Shown: positions 12,123 through 26,040 of the stretch, piece after piece
Numbering within the stretch: position 1 is the stretch's first letter
How the letters are laid out: each line of letters starts with the position of its first letter
Source of the DNA: the human T2T-CHM13v2.0 reference genome, Homo sapiens
DNA length: 64,000 nt
Reading direction: 5' to 3' (one strand)
Assembly: GCF_009914755.1 (NCBI RefSeq)
Contig: NC_060936.1
Notes under the pieces: model-generated
Told to the model about the DNA's origin: nothing
The model's input: only the letters and a program-made list of their open reading frames with translations
Database searches by the model: none
Translations under genes and position numbers: made by a program

Positions 12123-13079
12123 CCTGTTGAGTCAGGTCTGTGAGTCCCCCTGAGGGCCAGGAGGCCGTGGGCAGGGCTGGTCCTGGAGAGCACTTCTTTT
12201 CCACGCACTTTGGCTTCCCCCGCTGAGCGCACCCCCCGCACTTGGCTGGCTGCTTTCACCCCAGCCCCGTTCCTCCTGTGCCCAAGAACCTCCTCCTCGT
12301 CTCCTCCTCAGCCACGCAGCTGGTGCAGCACAGCAGACCTGCACTGAAATGCATCGGGGAGAAAAAGGGAGGTGAAGTCAAACATCCCATCTGCTCCTGT
12401 CCACGTCCTCAGGTTCACTGCCAAGTTCTGACACTGCCGACTCCCCACACTGAAGGCAAATGGCCTCCCCGAATGCAAAACTCATTCCTTGCTTGCCAGC
12501 ACCCAGAGATTCTTTCTGAAGATGTTTATCTTTTCTCATTCACTCTTCAAAATCCTCCATGTAGAGAAAATGCCTTAGAATTTCCTGAATAAGGAAACAA
12601 CAGGCAGCATCCTCATCTACATCCCCTCGGGATTGCTGAATGGAATGCAGAGAGGAGAGGAGAGTGGAAAATAGCCCCTGGGTTTTAGGAAATATTAAGC
12701 AGTTTTTCAAGAGCCAAGAGCCCTGCAGGAGGCAGAAAAGGATATGATTTTGCAGTTTTGAATACGCTTTTCTCTGGGAGTAGCACTTTTCTACCAGAGG
12801 CTGACATTGGAGGGACCACCTGACATCAGATTAGACATTCACAAAAAGGCGCTGCAGGCAAGTGCTTCATAAAAAGACCTTCACCAAAGATGCACCTGAC
12901 CCCCGGGCTCAGGGAGGCTCTTGTTAAATGGAGGATATTATGCCTGCTCTATTTACTGTGGGGCCTGCTTGGGGCTAATCAGAGGTTGCTTCAAATCTGT
13001 GCAGGTAGATGTATTCATGCAATAATACCTCATCTCCACTATATTGTTGTTTTAGCAAAAGATACTTTCATTCATGTTT

Positions 13080-13300
13080 TCATCTTTTTATTGTGGACAA
13101 TTTTAAACATGCAGAAATGGAGGGAGAAGGGTATGGAGAACACCCATTTACCATCAGCCAGATGTCACAATTACCGATAACTTCCTGCATTTGCTTCTTC
13201 TCTAGATTTTTTGGAATTAATTCGAAGTACATTGCAATCACGATGGCCTTTTACTTCTAAATTCTACACTCTGCACCTCTAAAATATACAAGCATGTCCC
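13080..13300 (-). mobile_element. Old L1 (L1ME-like) 3' fragment
   Basis: tttttattgtggacaattttaaacatgcagaa...cacccatttaccatca resembles a reverse L1M 3' end. Confidence 0.45.
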
Positions 13301-13992
13301 AGGACCACCCTCAACTACTTCAGGTCCCTCGGAAAAGGGTAAGGTCAGCCAGGCTGGACACCACGCTGTGGGTGGCCTTAGGTCCTGCAAGCAACTGTGG
13401 CCACCAGCGTCGCAGCAGCAAGGTGAGCCTGAGCAGGAGCACACTGTCCCTACCTGTCTCTGTTTCTTCCTGCCCCTTGGGGTGTGGGCACCTTGCCAGC
13501 TGGGAAGCTGTAGTCTGTAACAGTGATCATCGTGCTCTTCGCTGCCGTCATTTCCAACATCGTCCGAGAATTTATGAAGTGCCGAGAATCCCTCTTACGG
13601 CTTCTCCTATATTCAACTACTGAATCCACATAAACCTGTTTTACAGATGGGCTTATGGAAGTGCAGCGATGCAAATCCAGACCGTTTAGCTTCCAAGTTC
13701 ATACCCACCATCATCTTCTGCTCAACTGCAGAAGCATCAGGGTGAAGCCGGCCGTGCTGGGCTGGTGGGGCAGGTGGCAGTGGCTACCATGCAGGTCCGT
13801 GTGGGACTCCCCAGGGGACTTCATGCTGCATGATTCCCACCTCATGTGTGGACCTTGGTACCAAACTTGTGCTTAGGATTCAATTCCACATGTGAGTTAT
13901 TCCACGATTCCAGTTCTGTACGTGTTTTCCATGTACGTTCACTAAAAACAGACCGAGAAACTTTATATCCAACTGATGACTCTGCCTAAGAC

Positions 13993-14811
<819 letters not shown>

Positions 14812-15000
14812 AGACCAGAAAGAAGATGTGGAATGTGGAGGGAGCTGGGTCGATAGAACATGGAGTTTTGATTGACTTTTATTACCAGGAACTTCACAGT
14901 GAGAATTCCTCAGAGAGCATGGTATGGTAATGCTGTTCATACTCAGGTGCATACGTTCACATGCCCACATTCAGATGCCCATGCTGGACAGGTGCCCATC

Positions 15001-15385
15001 CCAGGCAGGTGTTCACACTCAGGGGCTCACTCTCAGGGGCTCACCCCAGGAAGGTGTCATACACAGGAGCTCACTCTCAGGGGCTCACCCCGGGCAGGTG
15101 TTCACACACAGAGGTTCACTCTCAGGGGCTCACCCAGGAAAGTGTTCACAGGGGCTCACTCTCAGAGGCTCACCCCAGGAAGGTGTTCACATTCAGGGGC
15201 TCACTCTCAGGGGATCACCCCGGGAATGTGTTCACACACAGGGGCTCACTCTCAGGGACTCAGCCCAGGCATGTGTTCACAGGGGCTCACTCTCAGGGGC
15301 TCACCCCAAGCAGGTGTTCACACACAGGGCCTCACTCTCAGGGGCTCAGCCCAGGCATGTGTTCACACTCAGGGGCTCACCAAGG
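15001..15385. repeat. Minisatellite, 41-45 bp unit, ~8.5 copies
   Basis: Unit caggtgttcacacacaggggctcactctcaggggctcaccccagg with internal aggggctcac subrepeat. Confidence 0.93.
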
Positions 15386-15614
15386 CCCACCTGGGGAGCA
15401 CAGGGGCTCAATCCCACACTTTACACCAGCAGTTCCTTGCAGACCTCAACAGCTCTGCTCAGCAGTGTGGGAGAAAGAGGAACATTTAGAGAACAGAACC
15501 GTGGGCGATATTATTTGACATGTCCCTCCTCTTCCTCTTCCTCCTGTCACAACATCAGGATTTCCCTGAAGAAAGTGACCTGCACTTTGCCCCAGCCCGT
15601 CACATCACCAGTGA

Positions 15615-15850
15615 GCATGTGACCTATTACTGGCCAATCAGAGTCATACACAGCCCAGCCTCATCATGGTGATTGGATAAGAGGTGGGCACATGACCAAA
15701 TCAAGTCAATCATAGTCCCAAACATCCTCATCACAGTGATTGGATAACATGTAACCACATGACCAGATCAAGCCAATCAGAGTTACACACACTCTCATCA
15801 CAGTGATTGGATAAGGGATGGGCACACAACCAAATCAAGCCAATCAGAGA
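15615..15850. repeat. 67-bp tandem repeat (3+ copies) with paired ATTGG/CCAAT; probably an old ERVL LTR (LTR16-like) segment
   Basis: gattggataa at 15671, 15738 and 15805 (67 bp spacing); ccaatca at 15634, 15773 and 15840. Confidence 0.75.
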
Positions 15851-16699
15851 TGCACTTCCTCCTCCTCGCTGGGACTGGATATTAAGGGCAGTAGATACTG
15901 ATTTTCATTTTGGAAAATGATGCAAATTTTCCTTTTTAAAATTGAATTATGTAAAATAAGGTAGTTGATGGAAAGGAAAAAATTAAGTAACAGGTGATAA
16001 GCTAATACCTCAAACATGGAGCTCTGTGAAAAGCCAGCCTTGAAGCCCTGAGTTAATCCAGCCACTAGAGCCTCCCTGAATCCTGGCTGAGCCACTGGCC
16101 CTGGAGGGTGCAGGGGACGTCGTCCACCAGGTCTCCCTGCAGCTCCGCAGCAGGCTGCGGGTACCAGCCATTCTAAATGCAAAGCACATGCCCGCCCGAT
16201 GAATTATGAATGGTGTTTACAATTCCTCCAACACAACCGGGCCATCAGTCATTTATAGCTGCACCAATGGCTCTGCCACTCTGAGGTCGCTGGAAGAGAA
16301 GGACTGACCAAGCCTGATGGGTTGGAGGAGAAGCCAGCGGAGGTGCCGGGATGGCCTGGCCGGGCCTGCTGGAACCAGAGGCAGGCCGATTCCAGGACCA
16401 GTGTTCTTTCCTTGGAAAACACGGAGTGAGCTTCCTGACGTCGCTGACCACTTCCATGAGAATGGAAGAAGGAGGATGCACCCCGGAGGGGCAGAATTTC
16501 TTGTCCTGGAATGCCGGCAGTCAGCCCCTCACTCCCGTCTTCCCGCAGAGGAGGCTCTTTGCCTTCTCAGGCTCTTCAGGAAACAGATTCCACTCGTCAC
16601 CGATAAACCAGCTCCAGGTTTCGTTGTCCTTGCTGCCAGGCTGCCCGGCTGTGTCTGGCCTTACCTGATGGTCTGGCACCACAAGTGGGTGCTGCGCTG

Positions 16700-17070
16700 T
16701 ATGCTCACCAGTTGCTGCTCCTCCTTCCTTGGTACGTGGTGAAGCCACATTGCCCAGCCTGCCTGGCAAGGAGATGTGGTCACATGGCTGCGTTCTCATC
16801 AATAGCTGGAATGGGGACCGTTTCTGGCCGAAGGAAGCATGATTACCGCCTTTATGATGTCTTGTCCATTCTCCTGGAAGGACACAGACATCAATGAGAT
16901 GGTGATTCACATCATGGAAGGGGTTTGAGTCTCAGAAATACACCATGGAAGAGAGTTACCTGTCTCATAACCACTTGGACTGCCATAAAGGCAAGACATA
17001 AGCTTCTATTGGATTTGAGTCATCATGTATTGTATGAATGTGTGCAGTTATTTAGAGAGAAACTTGCTTA
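16700..17070 (+). mobile_element. Old MaLR LTR relic (MLT1-like)
   Basis: ccacattgcccagcctgcctggc...ggtcacatggctgcgttctc...gacataagcttctattg resembles MLT1 LTRs. Confidence 0.45.
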
Positions 17071-17084
17071 CTGACACAGACACC

Positions 17085-17290
17085 ATGTGTTGAGTATCTA
17101 ATATGTGCAGAACATTGTGCTAAATGCTTTGCATATACAGCGTTGCCTAAGCCTCACAACAACCTGCAGGCCTGGAGACCATTATTTTCCCACTTTAGAG
17201 ATGAAGAGATTTAGATTTAGAGAAGTTAAGCTTGCCCTGGGTCACACACCTACTAATGAATAGAATCGGGACTCCACAGCTCAGGTTCTC
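17085..17290 (-). mobile_element. MIR SINE
   Basis: tgtgctaaatgctttgc...cctcacaacaacc...cccactttagagatgaagaga...agaagttaagcttgccctgggtcacac. Confidence 0.7.
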
Positions 17291-17791
17291 AGTGCCAGCT
17301 AGAGTGTCCTCAAAGCAACATGATGAAGGAGTATTAGCCATGAAGATATTCTTTCTCCCTGCTCCATCCAGCAGGGAAGGGGCCTCCCTGGAGCTCCACA
17401 GCAATAGGCCCCAAGAAGGTGGGCAGACAGGAAGGGAGGCCACGTGTGCCATTGCACTTCAAGCTCAGCCTGGGTTGGGGCCTGCATGCCAGTCAGGAAC
17501 CTCTTTCTGCAAATGGCAGAAACCCAGCTCCCAGTGGCCCACACAGAAAAGGCCACATACCTGTTGTTCATCTACCCCAACGTTCCAAGCAAGGCTGGAT
17601 CAAGGTGTTTCTTGATGAACTCAGGAGTCTCCTTCTCCATCTCTGTCTCTGTTTTCCCTGAAGAGGAAACAAGGCAAAAGAAACTTGAGGCTCATGTTCT
17701 GAAAGCTAGATAGTGAAGTGCCCTCTCTTCTGTAGCAATCACTGAAGACCATCGTCTACACCTGCAGCAGCATCGTCACCTTGCAGCAGCA

Positions 17792-17890
17792 ACTCAGGGT
17801 CACTGACTTGCCCCTGCCACCTGCAGCAACCACTCGGGCTGACTCACCTGCCCCTGCCACCTGCTGCAACCACTCGGGGTGACTCACTTG
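17792..17890. repeat. 40-bp tandem duplication (~2.5 copies)
   Basis: tgcccctgccacctgc(a/t)gcaaccactcggg(c/g)tgactcac repeated at 40 bp spacing. Confidence 0.85.
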
Positions 17891-18259
17891 TAAATGCTGC
17901 TGCATAAGCAATAAGGGTGCACCCAGGGAGGGAGCAGCTGGAAGGGAAATGCAGAGAGAAGTTCTGGGGGTTCCAGGTGGGACGAGTGATCAGCTGACAG
18001 CCCTCCAACCACGATGTGCAGTCCCCCATACCACGACCCCTGTCCCCATCCTGCCTCTGCTGAGGAGTCTGAGAGCTTAGTCCTTGGGGTCACCCTGTTC
18101 ATCCCTGCATATGTGCAGATCTGCTCTCACGCTCCTGAAGTGCTGGAATTCGTGCAAGTTCAGAATCTCAGTTATTTCTGACCTCAACCCTGTAAGCCTC
18201 ATGTAAGTCTTCTTCCTTTGTCTGAACTCACACTAGCCACTGAAGGGAGAGATCTGGTG

Positions 18260-19005
18260 ACTTCATTCAACATTTGGTTATTAAGCACCCCCCTGTACCA
18301 GGCTCTGTCCCAGGCGCTGGGGACACAGCCCCAGGAGAGCCATGGCTCTGCTCTCCTGGAACTTATGTTCCGGTCCAGTGAAGAGACATACAAGTATGTG
18401 AGAAAATGAATACGATAATCCTCAGTTGTCAAAAGGGCCGTCGATGAAACAGAATGGACCATGTAACAATGTGGCTGGGGAGAGGCCATTATGAGCTGGG
18501 GCAGCCAGGAAAGATCTCTTAGAGGGTATGATATTGGCACCAACAAGGAGCCAACAGCATGCAAACCTGGGCAGGTGCATACCAGGCAGCGGCATCACCA
18601 GGGAAAGGTCATGCAGCAGAAACCAGTGTGGCCCTGTGAAGAGCAGAAAGGAGGCTGAGGGCAAGGAGAGGAGGCCAGAGCTGCAGCAGGTCAGCAGGGG
18701 TCAGGCCCCGTGTGCCTTACAGGCAGGGGAAAGGGTCTAGCTTTTGCTAAGTGCCCTGGCCACTGGTAATATGGGGAGGCAAGACAGTGTGCAACATGCT
18801 CTGCCCCCCGAGGGGCCTCCCAGGCTGCACTGCAGAGAGAGGTGGGAATGGAAAGAAATGAGTTTTCAGGCTACTGCACTGGTCCAAGCAGGAAATAAGT
18901 GTTGCTCAGACTACAGCGGTGGCAGTGGAGATGGAGGGAGGACATTTTTTCCAGATCTATCTTGGAGCTGGAGATGACAAGATTTGCAAATGGATTGGCT
19001 CTGGG
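18260..19005 (-). mobile_element. L2 LINE 3' fragment, followed by a (GA)n tract to ~19045
   Basis: cattcaacatt...ttattaagcacc...tgtaccaggctctgtcccaggcgctggggacacagc is typical of a reverse L2 3' end. Confidence 0.65.
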
Positions 19006-19010
19006 GAGAG

Positions 19011-19049
<39 letters not shown>

Positions 19050-21809
19050 AAAATAAAAAAGAATTGGTCTTCTGATCTTGTCTGAAGAGGAGGAAACAGG
19101 TTTCAGGGAGATGCAGGTAGGCTGATGAAGAAGCACTGGTATTGGCTTTCATGCACGTTTGGAAGCCTTGGGAAGGCCTACATATTCTCTGGAAATAAAT
19201 TGCTCATGATTCCAGTTAATCATCCACAAAATAATGCAAGGTTTACAATAAATTGTATTTCCCAGCTACTGAGAAACAAAGCTGGTAGGAATGAACGGAG
19301 CCCACACTGACGCGCGGCCGAAACACACGTTCCATCGTTCTGAGCTGAAGGGGGGCAGCCTGGACAGAGCACATCATGGGGAGAGGCCGCTGTTCCCTGC
19401 TGTGCCAGGCCGGGGTGACTGGCGGTTGATAAACAGCCCCACTCCTTACAAAGAGCCCTGGAGCGGGAGCTGGCACTGCCGACGTGCCATTTATCTTAAG
19501 GCTTTCATGGAGGGAAAATATGTTTTAAAAGCTGCCTGGAAAAGGACAATTATTAATGAAACTCTTCTATCAGTGTCTTCACTCGTTTGCTGGGAAGGGA
19601 GATGCTGACATACAAGACTGAGGCCAGGCAGGCTTTGGAAGGGGTCGAGAAGGTGGCCAGGAGCGCAGTGTCCTCCCTTGGTTGTCACTGGTCTGCAGGC
19701 CACGGACGCCCTCTCTGAGGACAGCTTTTGGAGTAAAGGCCGCTATGAGCTTCATTCGCCTGATGTCTGGGGAAGCCCGGGGCTGGCTTTGCAGGAGCCC
19801 CCTCCCATGACACCGAGGGGCCTTCTCTGCAGCTCTCTGCTGCACGTCCATCACAGAGCAGCGGCATTCCCATCTCTGGTGCAGATGGCTCCACTTGCAG
19901 GCCCAGGCAACAGCATGGACCTCAGGACTGCATGGGGCAGCTTCTTCTGGGAGGCCCAAACGTCAGCAGTGGACACACAGCTCTCCAGACCAAGTCACTC
20001 CTGGGTGAGAGGCCCGACGCTGTGAGGGTGATGTCCTCACTCAGGCTGGTGGCAGCATGGACAGCTGCTCCGCATGGAGGGACGCAGGCCCAGCTTGTCC
20101 CTGAAATCCAAACCCAGCAGGCCCAGGGCTGCCATCAGAGACGCTGATTCTAAGGTGGAGGGAGATTTCCAGGAAGCAGGAGGTCCATCTGGGGAAAGAA
20201 GCGAATGCCACCCAGGATGGTGGAGGAGCACAGAGCAGAGTGAGCTGCAGGCATGGGGGGAGCTGGCCCAGACAGGCACAGGGCAGAAAACTCAGGAAGG
20301 GGAAACAGTCAGCACTGCTGATCCCAGCGAAAGTCTTGAAAACTGATGTGGTCAATTTATGGAGAATTGGGGTTGAATTAATGATAACGAAGCAATTCTT
20401 TCAAGCTACAGATTTGAGGGAAAAATGAAATATCCAGATGAGGAAAGTGCCCGTGGTCTCTGTCTCGGCTCCATGGTGAACGGGGCTCAGGTGAGCTTGG
20501 TGATATCAGCAGCCAGTCTCGATCTGAGGGAATCCCAGTGGCAGGGGTGGACGGGGGTGCCTGTGGGTGGAGCAGGCCAAGGAGAAGCAGGTCCCGACCT
20601 TCCCTATCGAAGGTGGTGCCTCGCATGGAAGCATCAGGAAGTGGAAACACAGGCGTCTCATTTGGAGATGGGAAGACACACAACACGAGAAACGACTAAA
20701 AGAATCAAAGGTGATCTCTGGGGAGGGACAGTGGAGGAAAGAGGGAGAATATCATTTTCATATCTATGGAACTCATTAAATTGGGTGCAAATACCATTTC
20801 TTTTTGAAAAGTAGAAACAAAATTATTAAAAGAACCAGTCAGTGAGAACTGTGGCGACCAGCCCACGTGACTGGAGGAAGAGCAGATTATAATTCATTCG
20901 CTCCCTTTCACCCCTCCTCTCCACCACAGTCTCTCTGGGCCGGGGCCGAAATTCCCAGGTTACAGCTGTGGAATGTGTCTGCTTCCTCCTGCACTGCTCC
21001 TGTACATATAATTTAAATTGCCCCGATGAGGTCTACTGCTTCAGAGTGACATCCAATCATTCCAGACTCTTTGAGCATCTGGAAGCCTATAACAGCTGGA
21101 AAATCTAATCTTGAAGCACTAAATGAGATAAAGCTTGGGTGAGACAAACACCATAGGCCACCTCTTCACCTCCATTATTCATGAAACTATCTCATTATAA
21201 CTGTGGGTTGCCATGGTGACAGGCAGTGGAGAGACAATTCTAAAAAGTTTGGAGAAGATATTTTATAACTAAGAGCTTTTGGTTGCAAGCGACTGAAACC
21301 TGGTTCTTGATGGCTTAAACCGAAAGTTGTTTTGTTGTCTTTGTTTGCCAGCATTGCGGGGAAGGCCTCGGGAGTGCTGACAGCCAGCACCAGGGCCCAG
21401 CCGTGTCATCAAGACCTCAGTCTCTGCCCTGGGGGCTCTGCCTTCTGCTCTGCTGCAGTCATTGCTGGGCTCCACGGGCATCCCCTGAAAGCCCCAGGAC
21501 CAAATTACCCTTAATATTAGCAGGCCGAGACTCTAAACAAATAACGGCCAACCACTGAAAGCAATACCACCAAGGCAAAATACCGTCAAGAGGGGCTGGA
21601 TAAGTCTGTGGGGCACAAGGGAGGCAACCAAGAAGGACATCTAAATGAAGACCTCAAGAATAAATATGAACTGCACCAAAAATGGGCACAGGAGAGCACT
21701 CCAGGTCAAGGGAATTATAGACACATAAGATACAGGTCTGGGATGATCCTGAACCATTTGAATAACTGATTCCAGGTCCTTAGTAGGAAATGTTCAAGAT
21801 GTACCTGGG

Positions 21810-22210
21810 TGATATGGTTTGACCCTGTTTCCCCTCCCAAATCTCATGTTGAATTGTTAATCCCCAGTGTTGGAGGTGGGGCCTGGTGGGAGGTTATTGG
21901 ATCATGGGGGTGGTTTCTAAAGGTTTAGCACCTTCTCCCTAGTGCTGTCTTGTGATAACGTTCTCATGAGATCTGGTTGTTTGAAAAGGGTGTAGCACTT
22001 CCCCCTTTGCTCTCTGTCTCTCCTGCTGGCCATGTGAAAACCGTGCCTGCTTCCCATTCGCCTTCTGCCATGAGTGTAAGTTTCCTATGGCCTCCCTAGA
22101 AGCAGAAGCCTGTATAGCCTGCAGAACCATGAGCCAATTAAACCTCTTTTCTTTATAAATTACTGAGCCTCAGGTATGTCTTTATAGCAGTGTAATAATG
22201 GACTAGTACA
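21810..22210 (+). mobile_element. MSTA-type MaLR solo LTR
   Basis: TGATATGGTTTG...ATTAAACCTCTTTTCTTTATAAATTAC...GACTAGTACA; perfect 5-bp TSD CTGGG (21805-21809 / 22211-22215). Confidence 0.9.
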
Positions 22211-22414
22211 CTGGGTCATCTCAGTGTCTCACAGATCAAAGATGCTGCCATGGGCTCATGAAGTGGTGTCACCCAGACACAGGAGCTAGCCTGACGCTCT
22301 CGCTGAACAGGGATGTGTTAATACAACATCAACAAGAATAATGACTGCAATGGATTAGAAGATTCAGGGTACATCAAAAGCCATGAAACAGTCAGAAATG
22401 AACATGTGGCCATT

Positions 22415-25235
22415 ATTACCTACCTTGCAGAAATAAAAGGATTATAAGACAATACTATGAGCAATTGTATGCCAATAAATTCAGAAGCTTAGATGAAACA
22501 AATTCCTAGTAAAACACAAACTACAATAACTGACGCAAGAAGAAATGGAACATTTGAATAGACTTATAACAAGGAAAAAGACTGAATTCTAATCAGAACC
22601 TCCCACCAAAGAAGACTAGAGGACAAGGTGGCTTCACTGGTAAACAGCACAAACATTTAAACAAACAGCCAAAATCATCAAACTCTTCAAAAAAAAAATA
22701 GAGTGGAAGAAATACTTCCTAACTCATTTTATGATTCCAGCATTATCCTGATTCCAAAGGCAGACATCACAAGAAAAAATTACAGATTAGTATCCCTTAT
22801 GAATATTAAATCCTCAACTAGAAAATGTAATACAGCAGCATGGTAAAATAATTATACAACATAACCAACCAAGTGGGATTTATCCCAGGAACACAAGGAT
22901 GGTTAAACATACAACAATTATTTAATGTAATACACAAAATTAGTAGAATTAAAGAAAAGATTATAATAGTCTCAATTAATGTAGAAAAAGCATTTGACAA
23001 AACTCAACAGCCTCTTATGATTTAAAAAGCAAAACAAAAGCCAACCAAACAAAAAACCAACTCAACAAACTAGAAATGGAAGGCAACTTCTTCAACATGG
23101 TAAAAAGCATTTAGGAAAAGCATATTGCTAATGTTGTACTTAGTGTTGAAGGATTGAAACCTTCCCAGCTAAATTCAAGAACAAAACATGCCCACTTTTG
23201 CCACCTCCATTCAACATTGTGCTGAAATTTCTAATCATAACAATTAATCAAGAAAACAAAATAAGAGACGTACAAATTGGAAATGAAGATGTAAAACTAT
23301 ATACACATATGACTTGATCTTGTACATAGAAAATCCTAAAGAATTCACACACAAAAAACTACTAAACATGATAGAATTTAATAAAGTTGCAAGGTACAAA
23401 ATCAACACACAAAAATCCATTGTATTCTTACACACTAGTAACGAACAATCCTAAAACAAAATTAAGAAAACAATTCCATTTACAATGGCACCAAAAATAA
23501 TAAAATATCTAGGAATAAGTTTGAGGAGGTGTAAGATTTGCACACCTAAAACAAAATATTAATGAGAGAAATTAAAGAAGACCTAAATAAATGGAAACAC
23601 ACCCTGTGTTAATTTCTTGGAAGATTTAATATTGTTTAGACTTCAAAACTTCCCAAAGGGATCTACAGATTCAGAGCTATTTCTGAATCACAATCTCAGT
23701 GGATTTTTTTCTTTTTTTCTCCTTTTTCCTTTTTTTTTTTTTTTTTTTGGAGAAATGGCAAATCAGATATTAGAATTCATGTGAATTGCAAGTTATGGCA
23801 AGTAGCTAAAATAATCTTAAAACTAACCAGGTTGGAGGACTCACTTTTTTTTTCATTTCAAAACATATTACAGTGCTGCAGTCATCAAAACAGTGTGGTT
23901 CTGGCATAAGGATAGACAGATAGACCAATGGAATAGAGAGTCCAGAAATAGTCCTGTGCATCCACAGTCAAATGTCTGACAAGGGTGCAAAGAGGATTCA
24001 ACAGGGTGAGAATAATCTCTTCAACAAATGTTGCTGGGAAAACAGGATATTCACATGCAAAGAATGAGATTAGACCTATCCCACTCCATATACAAAAATT
24101 AACACAAAGTGGATCAAAGACCTAAATGTAAGAACTAAAGTATAAAACTCTTAGAAGAAAGGTGTAAGTATTCATGACTTTGGATTTGGCAATGGACTTT
24201 TAGCTTTGACACCAATAGCATAAGCAACAAAAGAAAAAAATAGATAAAGTTGACTTTAGCAAAATTAAACTTTTGTGTATCAAAGAACACTGTCAAGAAA
24301 ATGAAAAGACAACATATAGAACAAGAGAAAATATTTCCAATTTATATAACTGCTAAGGACCTAGAATTCAAAATGTACAAAGAACTGATACAACTTAATG
24401 ATAAAAAGACAACCCAATTAAAATAAAATTTAAGAACAGGCAAACGACTTGGATATTTCTCCAAAGAAGATATATAGATGGCTGCCAAGCACATGAAAAG
24501 ATGATTATAACATTTGGGGTCATTAGGGAAATGCAAATCAAAACTTCAATGAGGAAGCACATCACACCCCATAGGATGGTAACATAGCAGTAATAATAAT
24601 AGCGACAAAGGTAAGAAGTGGGTCAGGATGTGGGGGAAGCGGAACTCTCACGCATCGCCGTATGTAAAAGGTGAATGTAAAATGGCCCTGTGAAAAATGA
24701 TTCAGCACTTCCTTAAAAAGTTAAACGTAGAATTACCATCTGAGCCAGGAATTCTACCCCTAAGTCTATAACCAAAAGAACTGAAATTAAGAATTCAAAC
24801 AGATACTTGTAGATGAATGTTCCTAACAGCACTATTCACAAGAGCCAGAAGTTGGAAACAGCACAAATGGCCAATTAATGAATAAATAAAATATGGTCTG
24901 TCCATGCAACGGAACATTTTTCAGCTTTAACAAGGAATGAAGCACTCACACATATGACAGCATGGATGAGCCTTCAGAATATCCCTAAGTGAAAGAAGCC
25001 GGGAACAAAAGATCATATATTGCACGATTTCATTTATGTTAAAAAGATCCAGAATAGTTAAATCCAGAGACGGCAGATAAGTGGCTGTCATGGGCTGTGG
25101 AGGACGGAGGACAAAAGGGATGAAAATGTTCTGGAGGTGACTGTCACACAACAGTGTGAATGTACTGAATGGCACTGGATTGTACACGTTAAAAGGATTT
25201 TTATGTTATGTGAGACTCACTTCAATTAAAAACAA
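22415..25235 (+). mobile_element. 5'-truncated L1 (L1MB-like): degenerate ORF2 (RT and C-terminal region) plus 3' UTR
   Basis: A-rich ORF2 hallmarks (caagtgggatttatcccagg, gaaaaagcatttgacaaa, gaccaatggaataga, cattagggaaatgcaaatcaaaac); ends ...ttatgttatgtga...caattaaaaa; no intact ORF. Confidence 0.9.
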
Positions 25236-26040
25236 GCTATGAGTAAAAGAATGTGTATAGGGGGTGGTACAGGAAAGATATATACCACAAAACTTATTGC
25301 ACACTTCTGGAGGTTGCTAGGATGCCAATCCATTATGCTGAAAATTGATAAATAAAGAGGAAAACTAAGCATTTATCCTGCCTTCCTGGTATTAATTGTA
25401 TTTCATGATAAATCATAGCCTTAGTGGATGAGGGATGGCTCTTCTCAACAGAAGCACTCAAGCAAATAATTTCAGAAGGAGGAAGAGAGTTAGAAGTTCC
25501 AACACCTTATTAAAAATTGACTAGGTTAATGTCATCAATCGATGGTAAAACTCTTCAGTGGAAGATCGATAGAGAAACTTACATTGAATGGATCATTGTT
25601 GCCATCTGAATTCGCTGATCAGTCTCAGCATCATTAAAAGTGAAGTTTAATCATTATGTGTCTCCTGATAGGCTGCAGTACAAAGAATACAGCTTCAGCT
25701 ACCAAGTATCCATGCACAGAGAAAACCTGGATCTCATCAGCCCTGGCATTTAATTCCAAGCCTGCAGCAATGTGTGAGCAGGGGAACAAGTTAAACAGCC
25801 CCGGAAGCCACTGGGCAGATCCTAACGTGACCATCTAATGGGACACTTGACTTGCTTTCCTCAAAAAGCCAGCATGAGGTAGGAGATCTGTGAAATGGAG
25901 CGGGAGGTGGAGGCAGAAGAGACAACTCTAGATTTAAAGAGACTTAACAGATAGAGTTTTCTGACATGACATATAGACTTTGCTTGGATCTGGATTAAAA
26001 TAAATCAGCTACTAAAATTCAGTTTTTTCGCTAATCAAGA

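Noticed and set aside
10946-12259. 437-aa ORF and overlapping Cys/Val- or His/Thr-rich ORFs
   Set aside because: Driven by the (CA/TG)n tract; the remainder has no recognisable homology
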